Shown in pieces: positions 42,450 through 56,999 of a stretch of DNA of 64,000 bases (position 1 is its first letter; the number at the start of each line of letters is the position of its first letter). A program made the position numbers and the translations under genes. This stretch comes from the human T2T-CHM13v2.0 reference genome, Homo sapiens. Location: the NCBI RefSeq assembly GCF_009914755.1, contig NC_060933.1; one strand, given 5' to 3'. The notes beneath the pieces were generated by a model that had not been told where the DNA came from, made no database searches, and worked only from the letters and a program-made list of their open reading frames with translations.

Positions 42450-43310
42450 GGTGCTCCAGTTATTACTGCTTTGTAACACATCACCCCAAAAGTTAGTGGC
42501 CTAAAACATCATATTATTATCTCTCCTGGTTTCTCTGGATCAGGAATCCAGAAAGGACTCAGCTGGGTGGCTCTGGCTTTGGAGTCTCATGCTCAGTAGT
42601 TAGTCGATGACTGAAACTGGAGCAACTGGACATTGATCTCTCTTCCTCTAGTCTTGGGGGTTCTACCTGTGGTCTCTCCACATTGGCTAGTTTAGGTGGG
42701 CCAGGGCCAGCAGGCTTCAGTAGAGGCTCAGGGCCCCAATTTGAATGTTTAACAGGCTAAGAGGATGTTACTGCCTTTCCTGCCTCACCACACAAGCCAC
42801 ACTGCATCACTCTGGCACGTTCTATTGATTATGAGCCCATCACAGGCAGGCTGTGGTGGCTCACACCTGTAATCCCAGCACTTTGGGAGACCGAGGGGGG
42901 TGAATCACCTGAGGTCAGGAGTTCAAGACCAGCCTGGCCAACATGGCGAAACCCCATCTCTACTAAAAATACAAAAATCAGCTGGGCATGGTGGTGGGTG
43001 CCTGTAATCCCAGTTACTCAGGAGGCTGGGGTAGGGAGAATTACTTGAACCCAGGAGACGGAGGTTGCAGTGAGCCAAGATCATGCCACTGCACTCCAGC
43101 CTGGGCAACAGAGTGAGACTCTGTCTCAAAAAATGATAATAATAATAATAATAAGCCCATCACAAACCCTCACAGAGTCAAGGGGAGGGGAATAGGGGAA
43201 TTAGACTCTACCTCTTGAGGGAGGAATGGCAAGATTCTAGAGTCTAGAATAATATGTGGGACAGAAGATACTGTTGCAGTCGTCTTTGGAAAACACAATC
43301 TGCCCCAGAA
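42450..43310. mobile_element. MLT1 LTR interrupted by an Alu
   Basis: tgtaacacatcaccccaaaagttagtggcctaaaac...gtctttggaaaacacaatctgccc. Confidence 0.8.
42845..43153 (+). mobile_element. AluSx-type with (AAT)n tail
   Basis: TSD agcccatcaca on both sides. Confidence 0.95.
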
Positions 43311-44205
43311 GTCTATAAGGAACAATAAGGGGAATTCTTTGGGGGGACTTGTAGGGGGAGAGAGCTGTGGGGCTTCCCCTGCCCTCTCTGTGGGAGAGAA
43401 AACACTAAGAGTGAACTGCTTCTTGAGATTATGGGTTTGGGGTGCTGGGAAGAAGCAGAGCCTGGCATCCTCCACCCAGCATGGGTGCCCACTGAGCTGT
43501 TAATTCTTGATCCCAGTGCCAGGGACTATGTGGAGCATTGAAGAGGAGTTCTGAGGAGTCCCAGGAGTTTGGGGCAATGTGAGCAGAGAGGTAGCTGAGG
43601 CTGCCTGTGATGGTGGCCAAGGGGAGGCAGTGAGGGAGCAGCTGGGGCTATGAAAGTCAGTGGGGTGCATGAGTTTCTGTGGACCGAATGGATCCCCTAG
43701 AGGGTTCCTGAAAGGACTCTGCCCTAGAAGGTTGCGTGCTGAGTGGAGGAGGCCCTAAGAGAGAATGGTTGAAGGTGAATTGCCAAGGACCAAAATTGTG
43801 GGTGCATTTTCAGAGAGTGTAGTCATCAAGGTCCCATAGTGGGTTTCTATTCAACCACAAATGCATCCCACAGGAGGTCACCAGCCATCAAATTACAACA
43901 GTACTGGTCCTGTAAGCCCATAAGATGTCACTGCTTCTCCCCTAATCTCTCCACTCCTGGGCCCTGACCCTGGAGAAACCATCAACGGAGGCGAGTGGGG
44001 TGGAAAAACAAAGTGACGATGGCCAAGTGATGAGGAGACCAAAACCAAGCTGCCTTCCCAACCACAGGTCCTTAAACTATAGGTGAGCTCTGAGCTGGGG
44101 GCAAAGAGAAGCCCTGAATCAGATGGGAGATTGAAGTTTTGATTTGGACCTGGACTTTTTAATTCCTTAAAGTAGGACTATGTTTAATACCTAAAAGTAA
44201 TTGAA

Positions 44206-44360
44206 TAATAATGTATTAACATTGCTTCATTAATTGTAATTAATGTACCATACTAAGGTAGGATGTTGATAATCTCAGAAACCTGGGACTATGGAAACTC
44301 TCTGTACTATCTTCTCAATTTTTCTGTAAAAGTATTCTAAGAAATAAAGTCAAGTTTAAA
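44206..44360 (+). mobile_element. L1MC/MD 3' end
   Basis: tatggaaactctctgtactatcttctcaatttttctgtaaa; TSD taaaagt(a/g)attgaa at 44192 and 44552. Confidence 0.75.
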
Positions 44361-44361
44361 A

Positions 44362-44550
44362 CATTTTATTTATTTATTTATTTATTAAATTTTTTTGACA
44401 GTCTTTTAATTATTATTATACTTTAAGTTCTAGGGTACACGTGCACAACGTGCAGGTTTGTTACATATGTATACATGTGCCATGTTGGTATGCTGCACCC
44501 ATTAACTCATCATTTACATTAGGTATATCTCCTAATGCTATCCCTCCCCC
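44362..44550 (-). mobile_element. Very short L1PA4/5 3' end
   Basis: ttatactttaagttctagggtacacgtgcacaacgtgcagg...ctatccctccccc. Confidence 0.9.
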
Positions 44551-44834
44551 TTAAAAGTGATTGAAAATCTCTGAGATCTGTCTGAGATGCCTTGAAGGGG
44601 TGAAGAAGTGAGAGCCAACAGAACATGTTTGAAGGCAGTGGAGGGAGAAAAGTAAAGCTGTTTCTTGTTTATACCCTAAGAGGCCAGTACATTCAATAAC
44701 AGGTTATATTAGTGATACTTACAGATGGAATGATTTTGAGAGTATGACAAAATTCTGATATTTTCTTCCAAACCAAATGTTGTAAAATGTGTCAGCCTCT
44801 CTCCCATTTCAAGCACCATGATACAGAGATGACT

Positions 44835-45380
44835 AGGGCATGGGATGGGATTGCCTGTGGGTTTTGCTGCCCCAGCACATGTTTCCCCTATTTCTTAGAT
44901 CAGCTCCTTCATATTCCTTTAGGAAAATATCCCTCCCTGACTCACAGTCCAGGTGACCCAGGAAGAACTGATTCCAATCTCCTCCACACCCTTAATCAAA
45001 GATGGGACATGACTCAGGTCTGGCCAATCCTTCAGTTCCCAGTGATCCATTCAGAAATGCACATACAATCCAAATTTTTCCAATGAGTCCCAATCCCCAC
45101 ATTTAAGAGGAGAATCTCTCTTTCCACTACCTGGCTGTGAGAGAGCCATAGCACTGCCAGGCCCACCCAATATAGAGAACTCCCTGGGAATGAAACCAAT
45201 GTGAAGGAAAAAAGAAAATTAAGCACTAAATCCTGGTGACATCATTTGAGCACCTAGATCAAGCCCTATCTGACACTAAGTATCCCTGGAACCTTTCAAT
45301 TATGTGACACAATAGTTTCTTTTTTCACTTAAGTCAACTCAAGATGGGTTTCTATTCCTTGCAGGAGAAGGAATCCTGAT
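44835..45380. mobile_element. MLT1/LTR16-type LTR relic
   Basis: gggacatgactcaggtctggccaatc...catttgagcacctagatcaagcc...gggtttctattccttgca. Confidence 0.7.
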
Positions 45381-46059
45381 AAATTCTGTGCAAGTTCCAC
45401 CCTCGAGCTAATCTAATGTGGGAGACAAACATAGAAAGGAATATAACCAAGATGCCAGCTGGGCCCTCCTGACCCTGGGAGATGCAGGTGCCTGGCTCAG
45501 ACATCCTCATTCCAAGAGGACAAAGCACTTCCCATGGCTTCTTATTCCCAGAGATGTGCAGCTTCCTGGGCCCATTTGCCCCACACCTGGGTCTGAGGCT
45601 GCTCCCTTTGTTTTCACTCTAAATCCACTCAAAAGCAGAACCCCGAATTTTGTCAACTTATCCATATACTCAAAAGCATTCATGAGTGATGCACACTTTC
45701 CTGAATGACACATAGGGGAGGCATAGTGCACCTCCTACAGTGATCAGCACAGAACCCCCATCTCAGGCATTCCCTGTACTCCCTAAGTGCTTTCTCAGCT
45801 GCCCTTCTGATGGAGGGCAGGAAGAAGACTTTTGACTGGGTCTTCTATCCCTGGAAGAGAAGAGACATCCCAAGTTCCTTTCCTATCCCCCAGCTCTACT
45901 CCTAGATCTTTAAACTCCTCTACCTCCATTATGCACAGTGACTCCACTCTAGCTCTCACCCCAAAGTTGTTTATATACAAATACACCAAGGTGCTTGGCA
46001 GAACAAAATCTTGCCTGTTAACTTAATCCACTCTCTTTAGAAGCAAACTTGGTAAATAG

Positions 46060-46720
46060 GAAAATAATATTTTACTAAATACAAAAAACATTATAACACT
46101 ATGCAGTAAATACTTCACTAGAGAAAGATGTACAGGGTATATGGAAGGGACAGGGAGGGGATCCGTGAACTCTGCCCAAGGGGGCTTTAGGAAGGCTTCC
46201 CCGTGGAGGTGATACGTGTGCTGATTGTGAAGCATGGGGAAGTTTTTGACAAGTAGAGAAGAGAGGAAGGTCATGACCAGCAGAAGGAAGAGCATATACT
46301 AAAATGCAGAGACCAGAGGGGTCCTAGTCGATGTGGGGAGCAGCTTGAGGAGAGTATGGAGGACAAATGGTGAGGAAGGAAGGGCTGAGGAAGTGACTCA
46401 GGTGAGGTTGGCAGGAACCCAGTCATGGAGGGTCTTGAGGCCAGTGAGCAGATGGATTCCATCCAGCAGGTGAAAGGAAGCCATTAACAGATTTTAGCAG
46501 GACAGCTAGATAGCCAGATTTTGTTTAAAAAGATCAGGCCAGTTTGGAGGAGGTCACCAGTTTGGAGGAGAAATTGGAAGGCTGATGGAAAAGGGGTAGA
46601 ATTGAGGGGAGAGGAGGTCAGGAAGCTGTTGCAATGATTCAGGCTGAAAATGATGGTGCTCTAATGGGATTGAGAAGACATGGATGCACATTGCAGAGCT
46701 TGGTGGCCACTTGAATATGG
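46060..46720 (-). mobile_element. L2 relic
   Basis: ggaaggcttccc...ggaagccattaacagattttagcagg...ggaagctgttgcaatgattcaggc. Confidence 0.75.
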
Positions 46721-47164
46721 AAGGAGACAGGGAGGGAGGAAAATTACGTCTTCCTTTAGAGCATGAACTCCTTGACAATGGGTCTATGACTGTTCTGTGA
46801 ATTCCCAGCACAGGATCTCACATGAGGTAGGTGTTCATTGCTGCACACCTGTATAAACAAATGAGAGCTGACTAATGAATGAGAGTGCCAGGAAAGCTGT
46901 GTAGCCTTGCTCAGAGGTGAAGAGGGAAGTGGAGATCACAGCCAGAGATTTATTTCTAAGAAGAAATGTAAGACCGTTAATTGGGAAATGGGTCACAAGA
47001 TGAGCAACCTGAGAATGGGATGCAAGGGAAGCCAAGCATAGATCAGGGCAGAGCAGGAAGTTCAGGGCTCAGCTGGTGAATGATTCTCAGAGATCTACTA
47101 TCATGTAGCAGAAAAAGGCCTTGAAGAACCAAGCAGGAGATAAACTTCAGGCAATATGTCCTCT

Positions 47165-47675
47165 GTACCATGTATGAGGAAGTTAATGCTGTAAAACAAA
47201 TCTCCCCAAAACTCAATGGCTTACAACATCAGGCATTTATTCTCATGCTCATGGGTCTGCAGGTCACTGTGGTTTGGTGGATCAAGGCTGGACTCAGCTG
47301 GACTTGGTAGGGCAGCTCTAGTTCAGCCTGCACATTGGCTGAGCTTGGCTGAGCTTTGCTGAGTTTGGCTGAGCTTGGCTGGGCTTGGCTTCAGGCTGCA
47401 GCTTTGCCTCAGGGCCACTCCACATGTCTCTCAACCCCCTTGGACCAGAGGCACATTCTTCTCATGGCAAACAGCAGAATGACAAGAGCCCAGACCAAAT
47501 TGCACAATATATTGAAGGCCTCTGATCAAGTCTTACGTACTATCATTCCATTGGCCAAAGCAACACACATGGACAAACCCAACACATACTCTGCAAAGAG
47601 CAAAGCAGTGGCAGAAGGTGAGACTGTGCTATCTTATTCCAGTGGAGTGATTGGGACCAATAATCCAAGCTATCA
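47165..47675. mobile_element. MLT1 LTR relic
   Basis: gctgtaaaacaaatctccccaaaactcaatggcttacaac...ttccattggccaaagcaacacacatgg. Confidence 0.8.
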
Positions 47676-49254
47676 TGCACCATCTTATTTATCCAGAATC
47701 TGCAGGCTCCCTCAGACCCTGCCAGTAAGGCACAATTATAATGCAAAATGTTTCCACCTACAGGAGCATGCAAAATTCATGGAAAGCCACAGCTAATGGA
47801 GTTCTAGTTAACCGTATCATCTGGGGCCCTCACCCCCTTATTCATACAACCCATGAGTCTAGAGTAATTAGAAGTCTTTTAAGGAAGGTTAAGTTGAAGG
47901 GTCTAAGAAATCTAACAATATCCTTATGAAAAATCTTCCTCCCATCTTCTCGGGAAGATTAGAGTGGAGACTTCCTTAGCAAATTCCATCCACGTAAGTC
48001 ATAGCCACCAAGGTTAGCTATAATGTCACCCACTCCTTTGTCAGTGAGCTCCTCCCTGCACACCACTTCATGCATCTTTTATCACCACCTTAACACCTTT
48101 ATAAAATATTGATTGCTCATTCCCATGGCCAAGCCAAGGGCCCCAAAATGAGCTTGTGTGCTGATGTCTGGAGTTTGGGGCACTTTGCTGATGACAGAAC
48201 CCACTTGGGGGACTAGGAAGACCTTCTAGCCCCAGCATGGAAAAAATACTGGAGAGTTAAACTAACATCATGTTTGCCAATGAGAAAATGAGGATCTAGG
48301 AGGACAGTTCATGAGAAGGGAGATGAAAGGAAATAAAAAGGTCAGGAGGAAGGAAAAGGAAGCACATGAGTTGACGGTGGGACCAAGCTGAAAGCCTGAT
48401 CATCAGCTGAATTTGTTGTTAAATTTAATGGGCTGTAGGTGTTGATTGCTCAATCTATAAAATGAGCTATTAATTTGCTGTTCTAACAGGATAGGACCTA
48501 TCTTATGCAAATTGATTTGAAAGCCAGCATCAGCTCTAAGAGAACAGTTCAGACCTCTCCCAGGCAGAACTGTCCAAGACTTTCCTGCTGAAGGGCACTT
48601 AGCCAGCTTGTAACCGTGCCTAGTGAGGGCCTGCCTGGCAGAGGGCCCCTGAAGTCAGGGGACTTGCGTGCCTTGTCCATCTCCCCCACAAGACTTGAGC
48701 TCCTTGAGGGCAGGTCTGTAACTGCCCTGTTCACTTCTGCATTCCCAGCACCCAGCATAGTGCCTGGTACCCAGAGGATCTACCACGGCTCTGCATGTGA
48801 TTTTGGACAAGTTTCTTATTTCTCTCAGTCTCTAGTTCCACCATACATATAGAAGAGGGTTTGGACTGAGTGTTGTCATGGAACTTCCATTATCCAGGTC
48901 ATCAGTTAACTCTGAGTATGGTCCCTGAATGCTAAGAGACTCTGAGAGATGAGAGAGTAGGTGGAGAGACTGGGGGGCTCTTAGCCCTGGGTCTCACCTG
49001 ACTCCGTGGGCCTACTCTTCAAGACACAGGCCCTGCTGACCCAGGTTTCATGGAGCCCTGGCCTGAAAAACCTTCATTCCCATCTCACTTTAGTGCTGAC
49101 TTGCTATGGGACAGTCACTTTTCTATGGGATTCAGCTGACAATGTCAAAGAGAATAATGACTTTGACCTAACAGGACTGCTGGGAAGCTGAAGCTGAAAT
49201 GATGGAAAGAAAGGTGCTTTAAAACTAAAATATTCTGTGAACATGTCAGGTGAA

Positions 49255-49460
49255 CATTGGCTTTGAAGACAATGTAATCAGGCTTCAAATCCCAGCTCCA
49301 CCACGTGCCAGCTGTGTGGCTTTGGACAAATCACTTAACCTCTCTCAGCTTCACTTTCCACAGCAATAAGGCTGAAATGATCATTCCTTCCTCACTGGGT
49401 TTTCAGGAAAAATTAAGTGAAATAAGGTCTGTAAAGTGCCTAGTACTATAATGCCTAGCA
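49255..49460 (+). mobile_element. MIR SINE
   Basis: ttcaaatcccagctccaccacgtgccagctgtgtggctttggacaaatcacttaacctctct. Confidence 0.85.
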
Positions 49461-49464
49461 CCAC

Positions 49465-49965
<501 letters not shown>

Positions 49966-50669
49966 TAGCTGCTGAGGTATGTTGGGCCCTTCTCTCTCCT
50001 CTACCTTAGACCTTGCCTTGCTCAGCATATATAAATAGAATTTGGATTTTTTTAAAGCAAATCACTATTATTATTCCTAAAGCAGCTTCATTTTTCCTCC
50101 CTGAAGAGAACTGAGTCACTCATCCTGATAGACACCAGATAAAGGAAGAAAGAAATCAACTTTCTGGCTGCTGGCGAATGCTATAGCGAGAGTAACAGGT
50201 TTACAGGATAAGCCAGGAATTATAAGAGGAAATACGTGACCAGTGATGTTTTTCCACACATGGGAAGAAACCATGAGAAGGTTCCTGAAAGCACCATGTT
50301 CCTTGTTCACAAACTATCAGTGGTTCCCTGTCCAAAACCTTTAAGAGAATGTCTATTACCCCTATAAAGTTGTTCAATGACCTCTTAATTTTCTAACTAT
50401 CTTCCCTTGTACCCTACTATGGGCTTCAGTAAAGCTGCTTTCTCATTGACTCCCCTAAATTACAATGCATCTTTCCACCTCTATGCCTTTGTTCTCTCAG
50501 CTTCTGCCCCCTAGAATGTACTTTTCCCATTTCTCAGCCTATTAAAACAATTTCCAATCTGAATTTACATTCAGTTTCTTCTAGGAGGCAATGCAAAATA
50601 GTCTCCATGACAGGGAGACTGTATTAATTAGCTTCTGAGGCAGTAATGAGCATTTTCAAAATCTCAATG

Positions 50670-50971
50670 CCAGCTGGGCGTGGTGGCTCACGCCTGTAAT
50701 CCCACCACTTTGGGAGGCCGAGGTGAGCAGATCACCTGAGGTCAGGAGCTCGACACCAGCCCAGCCAACATGGTGAAACCCCATCTACACTAAAAACACA
50801 AAAATTAGCCAGGCATGGTGGTGGACACCTGTAATCCCAGCTACTCTGGAGGCTGAGACAGGAGAATCACTTGAACCCAGTGTGGGAGGTTGCAGTGAGC
50901 CGAAATCATGCCACTGCACTCCAGCCTGGGCGACAGGGTGAAACTCGGTTTCAGGACAAAAAAAAAAAAAA
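50670..50971 (+). mobile_element. AluSx-type within an MLT1 LTR (~50620-51310)
   Basis: Full dimer; TSD ctcaatgcc. Confidence 0.93.
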
Positions 50972-51563
50972 TCCTCAATGCCTTATAGTACAAACATTTG
51001 TCTTTTGTTCACATTACTGGGGAGCTGCTTGCTGACTTTGGGTCAGTTCTATGTGTCTATCTGCTCAGCTCTGCTTAATTTTGCTACATGTGTTTTCTCA
51101 TCCTGGGACCCAGGGTGAAGGAGCAGCACTTGCCAGGGGTGTGTTATTCTCATGGCAGAGAAAAGGAACTCATGAGAAACAGAGCCAAACCACATGAGCC
51201 TTTAAAGCCCCTGCTCAATATGCAAAGCTGTAGGGGTGGGGAAGGACATGCCACCTACAGGAAAACATAGCAAGGGAAGGGAATGAGCAATTGTTAACAA
51301 ATAACACAACATATTCAGCATTCAGAGAGTGCATTGAGGTCAAATACTCTGTTTTGGATCCCAGTTACTTCAATTATTTGTTGAGTATGTACAGGTAAGC
51401 TCTTAAACCTTCTGTGCCTCAATTTCATTATCTGGAATAACAGAGTTAGAGTACTTATTTTTAAGGTACCTAGGAGGTATTCAGTAAGGTAATGTCTGTA
51501 AAGTGTGTGGCACAGCCCCTGGCACATGAGAATTACTCATAAATAATATTTTTGTCAATAGTA

Positions 51564-51824
51564 TTTTTTTTTTTGAGATGGAGTCTTGCTCTGTCATCCA
51601 GGATGGAGTGCAGTGACACAATCTCGGCTCACTGTAACCTCCGCCTCCTGGGTTCAAGCGATTCTCCCGCTTCAGCCTCCTGAGTAGCTGGGACTACAGG
51701 CACATGTCACCACACCCAGCTAATTTTTTTCTATTTTTAGTAGAAACGGGGTTTCATCATGATAGCCAGGATAGTCTCGATCACCTGACCTCGTGATCCG
51801 CCTGCCTCGGCCTCCTAAAGTGCT
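51564..51824 (-). mobile_element. AluSc/Y-type, slightly 5'-truncated
   Basis: Ends at aaagtgct; TSD aatagtatttttt on both sides. Confidence 0.92.
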
Positions 51825-52817
51825 AATAGTATTTTTTTAATTATGGCTAGTGATAATTTCCCCTTCACTCTTGTGTCCATTTATTCATTCATTTATTCAA
51901 CAAACATTTTCTCTGCATTTTCTCAGTCAGGCATCTGCCTGAATTTTCATCACAGCATCTTAGTCCTGAGGAGCGTGGGTTCCATTAATAAGTCCTATGA
52001 TTCCCAAACCAAGAGTTGGCTGACATCCTGAGTCAGCCACACCAATACACACACAACCCCACATTTGTTAGAAAGTCCTAGAGACATTTCCCTCTTGGCC
52101 TGGTTCCATTTCAATCTAAGAAATCTACAATCAGTCCAGTGAAGGAACATAGGCATATAAAACTTTAATTAGTTTCATGAAGTTAAAATTGCTTTCATGG
52201 GTGGAAGGAATAAGGTGGGGGAGGTTAAGACTAAAACCAAAAAAAGAAGAGAGGAGAAAGAAAAATATAGGTTGTAGGGGCAGAAGAAAATTCTCACATG
52301 AGGCTAAAAATGAATCATCTGCATTTGGCTGGAAACGCTGCAAACGTCTTCTGACTCTGCCAAGGAATTGTCTTTGTAAATTACTCAGCTTTTTGAGTGA
52401 ATGACAAGAACTCTGGAAGAGGGCAGGGGGGACCCTGAGCTGGAAGGGTGATTTAGGTGTCAGGACCAAACAAGAAAGCAGACAGTTCTCTTAAGGATGG
52501 ACGAGAAAACAAACAAAAAATTTGCTCTCCCACAAATTTCTCCAGCATCGCCCAGACAGTTCGATATAACAGAAAACCCACAAATCCCAGGTCTGCTTTT
52601 GCCATCTGTGCAGCCTTGGGCAAGCCACTCTGCTTCTGAGTGTCAGTCCCTCCACTGATAAGAGGCAGCAGCAGGACCAGCCTCTCGGGGTTGTTAGAAG
52701 ATTAAATGAGATACTGTGTCTGTGCCTGGCACAGAGTGGCCACAGAGAACCTGTCAGTTCCAGTTCCCTTCCTGCATCGAGAAGGAAACCCTGCTGGCTT
52801 CAAAGTTAGATGATTCC

Positions 52818-53322
52818 TATATTAGTCGGGGTTCTCCAGAAAAACAGAACCAATGGGATGCGAATATGTATAGAAACAGATTTATTGTAACAAATTGGCT
52901 CATGCAATTATAGAGGCTGACAAGTCCCAAGATCTGCAGTTGGCTAGAGACCTAGAAGAGTTGATTGTGTTGTTCCAGTCTGAAGGCCAGCACATGTGAG
53001 ACTCAGGAATTGCCGATGTTTCAGTTTGAGTCTGAAGGCAAGGAAAAAAAACTGATGTCTCAGCTCAAAGACAGTCAGGCAGGAGTAATTTATTTTAATT
53101 TGGGGGGCAGTAGGAGAGGTCAGCCTTTTGTCCTATCTAGGCCTTCAACTGATTGGATGAGGCCCACCCACATTGAGGAGTGCAATCTGCTTTACTCAGT
53201 CTATTGATTTAAATGTTAAGGTCATCCAAAAACACCATCATGGAAACATTCAAGATAACATTTGACCAAATATCTGGGCATCCCATGGTCTAGTCAAGTT
53301 GACACATAAAATTAACCAACGC
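52818..53322 (-). mobile_element. MLT2 (ERVL) solo LTR
   Basis: tattagtcggggttctccagaaaaacagaaccaat...ttcaactgattggatgaggcccaccc...caagttgacacataaaattaacca. Confidence 0.9.
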
Positions 53323-53654
53323 AATGCCTAAGACTTCCGGCCAATGCTAAGATCTTCAAAGAGGACAGTGTCACATCTTGTGTGGAAACACAAATTTGAA
53401 TTCTTTCTATTTCCAACATTACTGGGAGAATTACAGCAACTAAAACCCAGGAGGCACGGCACCACAATCATTTGTCATAAAAGAAATCACTCACTGAGCC
53501 TCTTTCTCACTCTGTTAAAAGGAGACAATAGCACCTTCAGTATTAACAAGACACTGCAGGGGGTTAAAAAGAAGAATGTTGTGCATGTGTGTGTGAGTAG
53601 TGTACTGCAGGTCACATATGTGTGCAGGAGAAATCAGGGCATGGCCCCTGTACC

Positions 53655-54150
53655 AGTTGTACCTGTTGGCATGCATTCAGCTGCAAGTAACAGAATAAAC
53701 CAAAAAACAATTCCTTGAACAATAAAGATAAACAATCATCTCACATGAGAAGAATCCTGGATTTAGGGCAGAATTGATTTATTCAGCAAATCAATGTTGT
53801 CAGAGCCCTGGGTCAGGCCCTCCCAGGTTCTCCTGGCCTTTTTGTCAGGGTCTCAGGCTAAAGTAGCTCACATTCCTCACAGGACAGTCGTCCCCACTGG
53901 AAAGGAGGGAAGGATTAGGGAAAGGGCTTTCTCATTCTTTATCTCATTCTCTTAAGAACAGACAAACTTTCCGGGACTCCCCCAGCCGACTTTCCCTTAC
54001 ATCTCATTCACATGACCTTTGCTAAGAAGAATAGTATCACCATGACTGTCTTGGTAAATAAATCCTGATTTATTCCCTAGTTCTGGGCACATTGGCCCCA
54101 ATCAAAATCAATATTCAATCAAAAAGAAAATAATTGGATGGGCGACCAAC
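53655..54150. mobile_element. MLT1J-type LTR relic
   Basis: gcattcagctgcaagtaacagaa...ccagccgactttcccttacatctcatt. Confidence 0.75.
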
Positions 54151-54202
54151 ACCATCCACCATTGCTTTCTACAAGGGCTTATCAATCAAGAGTAGTAGGT
54201 CA

Positions 54203-54490
54203 GAGCCAGGTGCAATGGCTCACACCTGTAATTCCAGCACTTTGGGAGGCCAAGATGGGCAGATCACCTGATCTCATGAGTTCAAGATTAGCTTGGGCAA
54301 CATGGCAAAACCTCGCCTCTATAAAATATCAAAAATTAGCAGGTGTGTTGGCGTACGACTGTGTCCCAGCTACTTAGGAGGCTGAGGTGGGAAGATCACT
54401 TGAGCCCAGGAGGCAAAGGTTTTAGTGAACCATAATGGTACTACTGCACTCCAGCTTGGGTGACAGAGTCGCACCCTGTTTCAAAAAAAA
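54203..54490 (+). mobile_element. AluJ-type
   Basis: Diverged dimer; TSD aagag(t/c)agta(g/a)gtca. Confidence 0.9.
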
Positions 54491-54712
54491 AGAGCAGTAA
54501 GTCAGTTTAAAGTAGTATTAACATGGCTCTGAAAGTAAAGAGGAATTGAAGCAAAGAAAAATTTATCCCTAGAAGAGACAGACCATTTTTTATTTAAGAA
54601 CTATCCCTCTATTTTAAGCCAAGAGAGTCTCAAAAAACATCAGTAGGAATGAAGGTAGCATAAACTGAAGAGAATCTCATTTTAGCAACCTCAGCCCCCT
54701 CTTAAGCAATAA

Positions 54713-55109
<397 letters not shown>

Positions 55110-55548
55110 TCCTTTACTTTGTTCTAAAAGGTATGTCTTATTAATTTTGTATTATGCTTACTTAGTTTTGCTATTTGCTCATGATTAGTTTATCTTTTGT
55201 TCATAAACTTGGAGAATCTGGAGTTCTTGTTTCCCTTGTTTCTGAATCAAAGATCCACATTCTTACAGCTACATTGCCAGACTCTTAAATCATCCCCTGT
55301 CGAGCACCTGATACCTGTTTCCTGTTTGCCCCTGGGGGAGTCTGGCACCTGTTTGCCCCTGGGGAAGTAGTATCACAGAATAGAGGTAAAATTCTCTGGC
55401 AGAAATCTGTAAGACTGAGTCAAAAGGACACTGCTCATAGCAGATGCTCAATAAATGTTTGTTGAATTAACTAATTCTCAAGTGAAATAAGTAAACTATG
55501 GCAAAAATATGACATCTTGCTCAGCTCTCTCCTGGACTGGGTTACATA

Positions 55549-55735
55549 GCTGGTTGATGGTTTGCTTGGTGGGTTGGTTGGTTGGTTGTTTGGTTGGATG
55601 ATTTGTTGGTTGGTTGGTTAGTAGGCTGGTTGGTTGGTTGGTTGGTTGGTTGGTTGGTTGGTGAGTTGGTTAGTTGGTGAGTTAGTTGGTGGGTGGGTGG
55701 ATGGGTGGGGTGGTAGGTTGGCTGGATGGTTGGTT
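55549..55735. repeat. (GGTT)n simple repeat
   Basis: Direct reading. Confidence 0.92.
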
Positions 55736-56999
55736 CCTACTATGTGTAAAGCACTTTGCTCAGTACTGATCCTCAAAAGGCATCTGATGTGAGTGGGACA
55801 GGAAGACTGCTCCATCCATTCCTTCACCTACTTCAAGCCAGAATCTATGCTAGGCTCTGTAGAGAGAGAGAGAGAAAAAAAAAAACTCAGTCCCAGATGA
55901 ACAGGAGAGACAGTGAGGGAAACAAATAACAATGACCCAGAGAAGTAAATGCTAGGACAGAGATGGAAAAGACTTGTGAAAAGGAAGCAGTAGATCAAGT
56001 GCTTAGGCACATGGGCTCTGGCCAATGCCTGTTGGAATATTTATGCCACCACTGACTTGCTGGATAGACTTCTGCAAGTCACTCAACCTCTCTCTGCCAG
56101 GGTTATGATGAAAATTAAATGAGAAATAAATGGAAAATGTTTAGCATAGGGCCTGATCAAGAGCAAGAGCTCATGAAATGTCATTACAGTTATTATAAAG
56201 AAAGTCAGAAGAGACTCGATGGGAAGGGCTGCAAAGTATAAGTAGGTGTTTCCAGGAAGGGCCTGAGAAGGACATTTGGAGAGACAGTAGAAAGAGCGTG
56301 GGCAAGAGCAGAAGGGTGGGAAAGGACAAGTGTTTAGAAAACTAGAAGAGGTTTGGGATAGATGGAGATGAGGCTAAGTGGAAAGGATGACAAACTAAAA
56401 TGCTGAGCTAGCACCATTCTGGCTCACTCTCCCAAGGTCAGCACGGAAGGAGCTGGACAGGGAAGACACTAAGAAACAAGAGAATGGTGAGAAACCCCGT
56501 GGGGAGGGGTCTTTTTTGAACAGGCTTGGATGAGTGTCTTTGACCTGAGTAAGGAGTCAGCCCAGCTAGATTGTGGGCAGTCAAAGGAGGAGAGGAACAG
56601 GTGAAGTCCTACAGTTCCTTCTCAGCCACCACCGTCTTGGAACACTGTTCACATCTGTGGCCTAGGAAACCTCAGGAATAAAATCAGAGAGGTACAGGAG
56701 CTCTGCACTTGAGAAAGGCTAATAAGACAGGTCGGGCCAACTAACTTCAGGAAGCCCCTTCCCCATTTCTTCCCGTCCACACTCTCAAGCAGTCTAAGAA
56801 GGGGCTCACCCAAATGCTGCTTTTTACTGAGGCAGTGGGTACTCCCAACCCCAACCTGAGGACCTGTTTAGTGAGGTGAGGAGTAACTGGCTATGGTTTT
56901 ATGATGCCACGGCTTCTCCACTTCCTCAAGCTGGCCTCCTTGCATACACATTGCCTGACAGTAGCCCACATCCTTGGGGGAAAGATAAGTTTATAGGAA

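Larger units (their letters stand above)
43320..44720 (+). mobile_element. Probable MamGypLTR-type ancient Gypsy LTR, interrupted at 44206-44551
   Basis: gaagttttgatttggacctggacttttaattcc...taaaagt, and aagtaaagctgtttcttgtttataccc, resemble recalled MamGypLTR consensus. Confidence 0.5.

Noticed and set aside
47335-47392. GAGCT/GGGCT pentamer run resembling an immunoglobulin switch region
   Set aside because: Only about five 10-bp units, lying inside an MLT1 LTR; no Ig context
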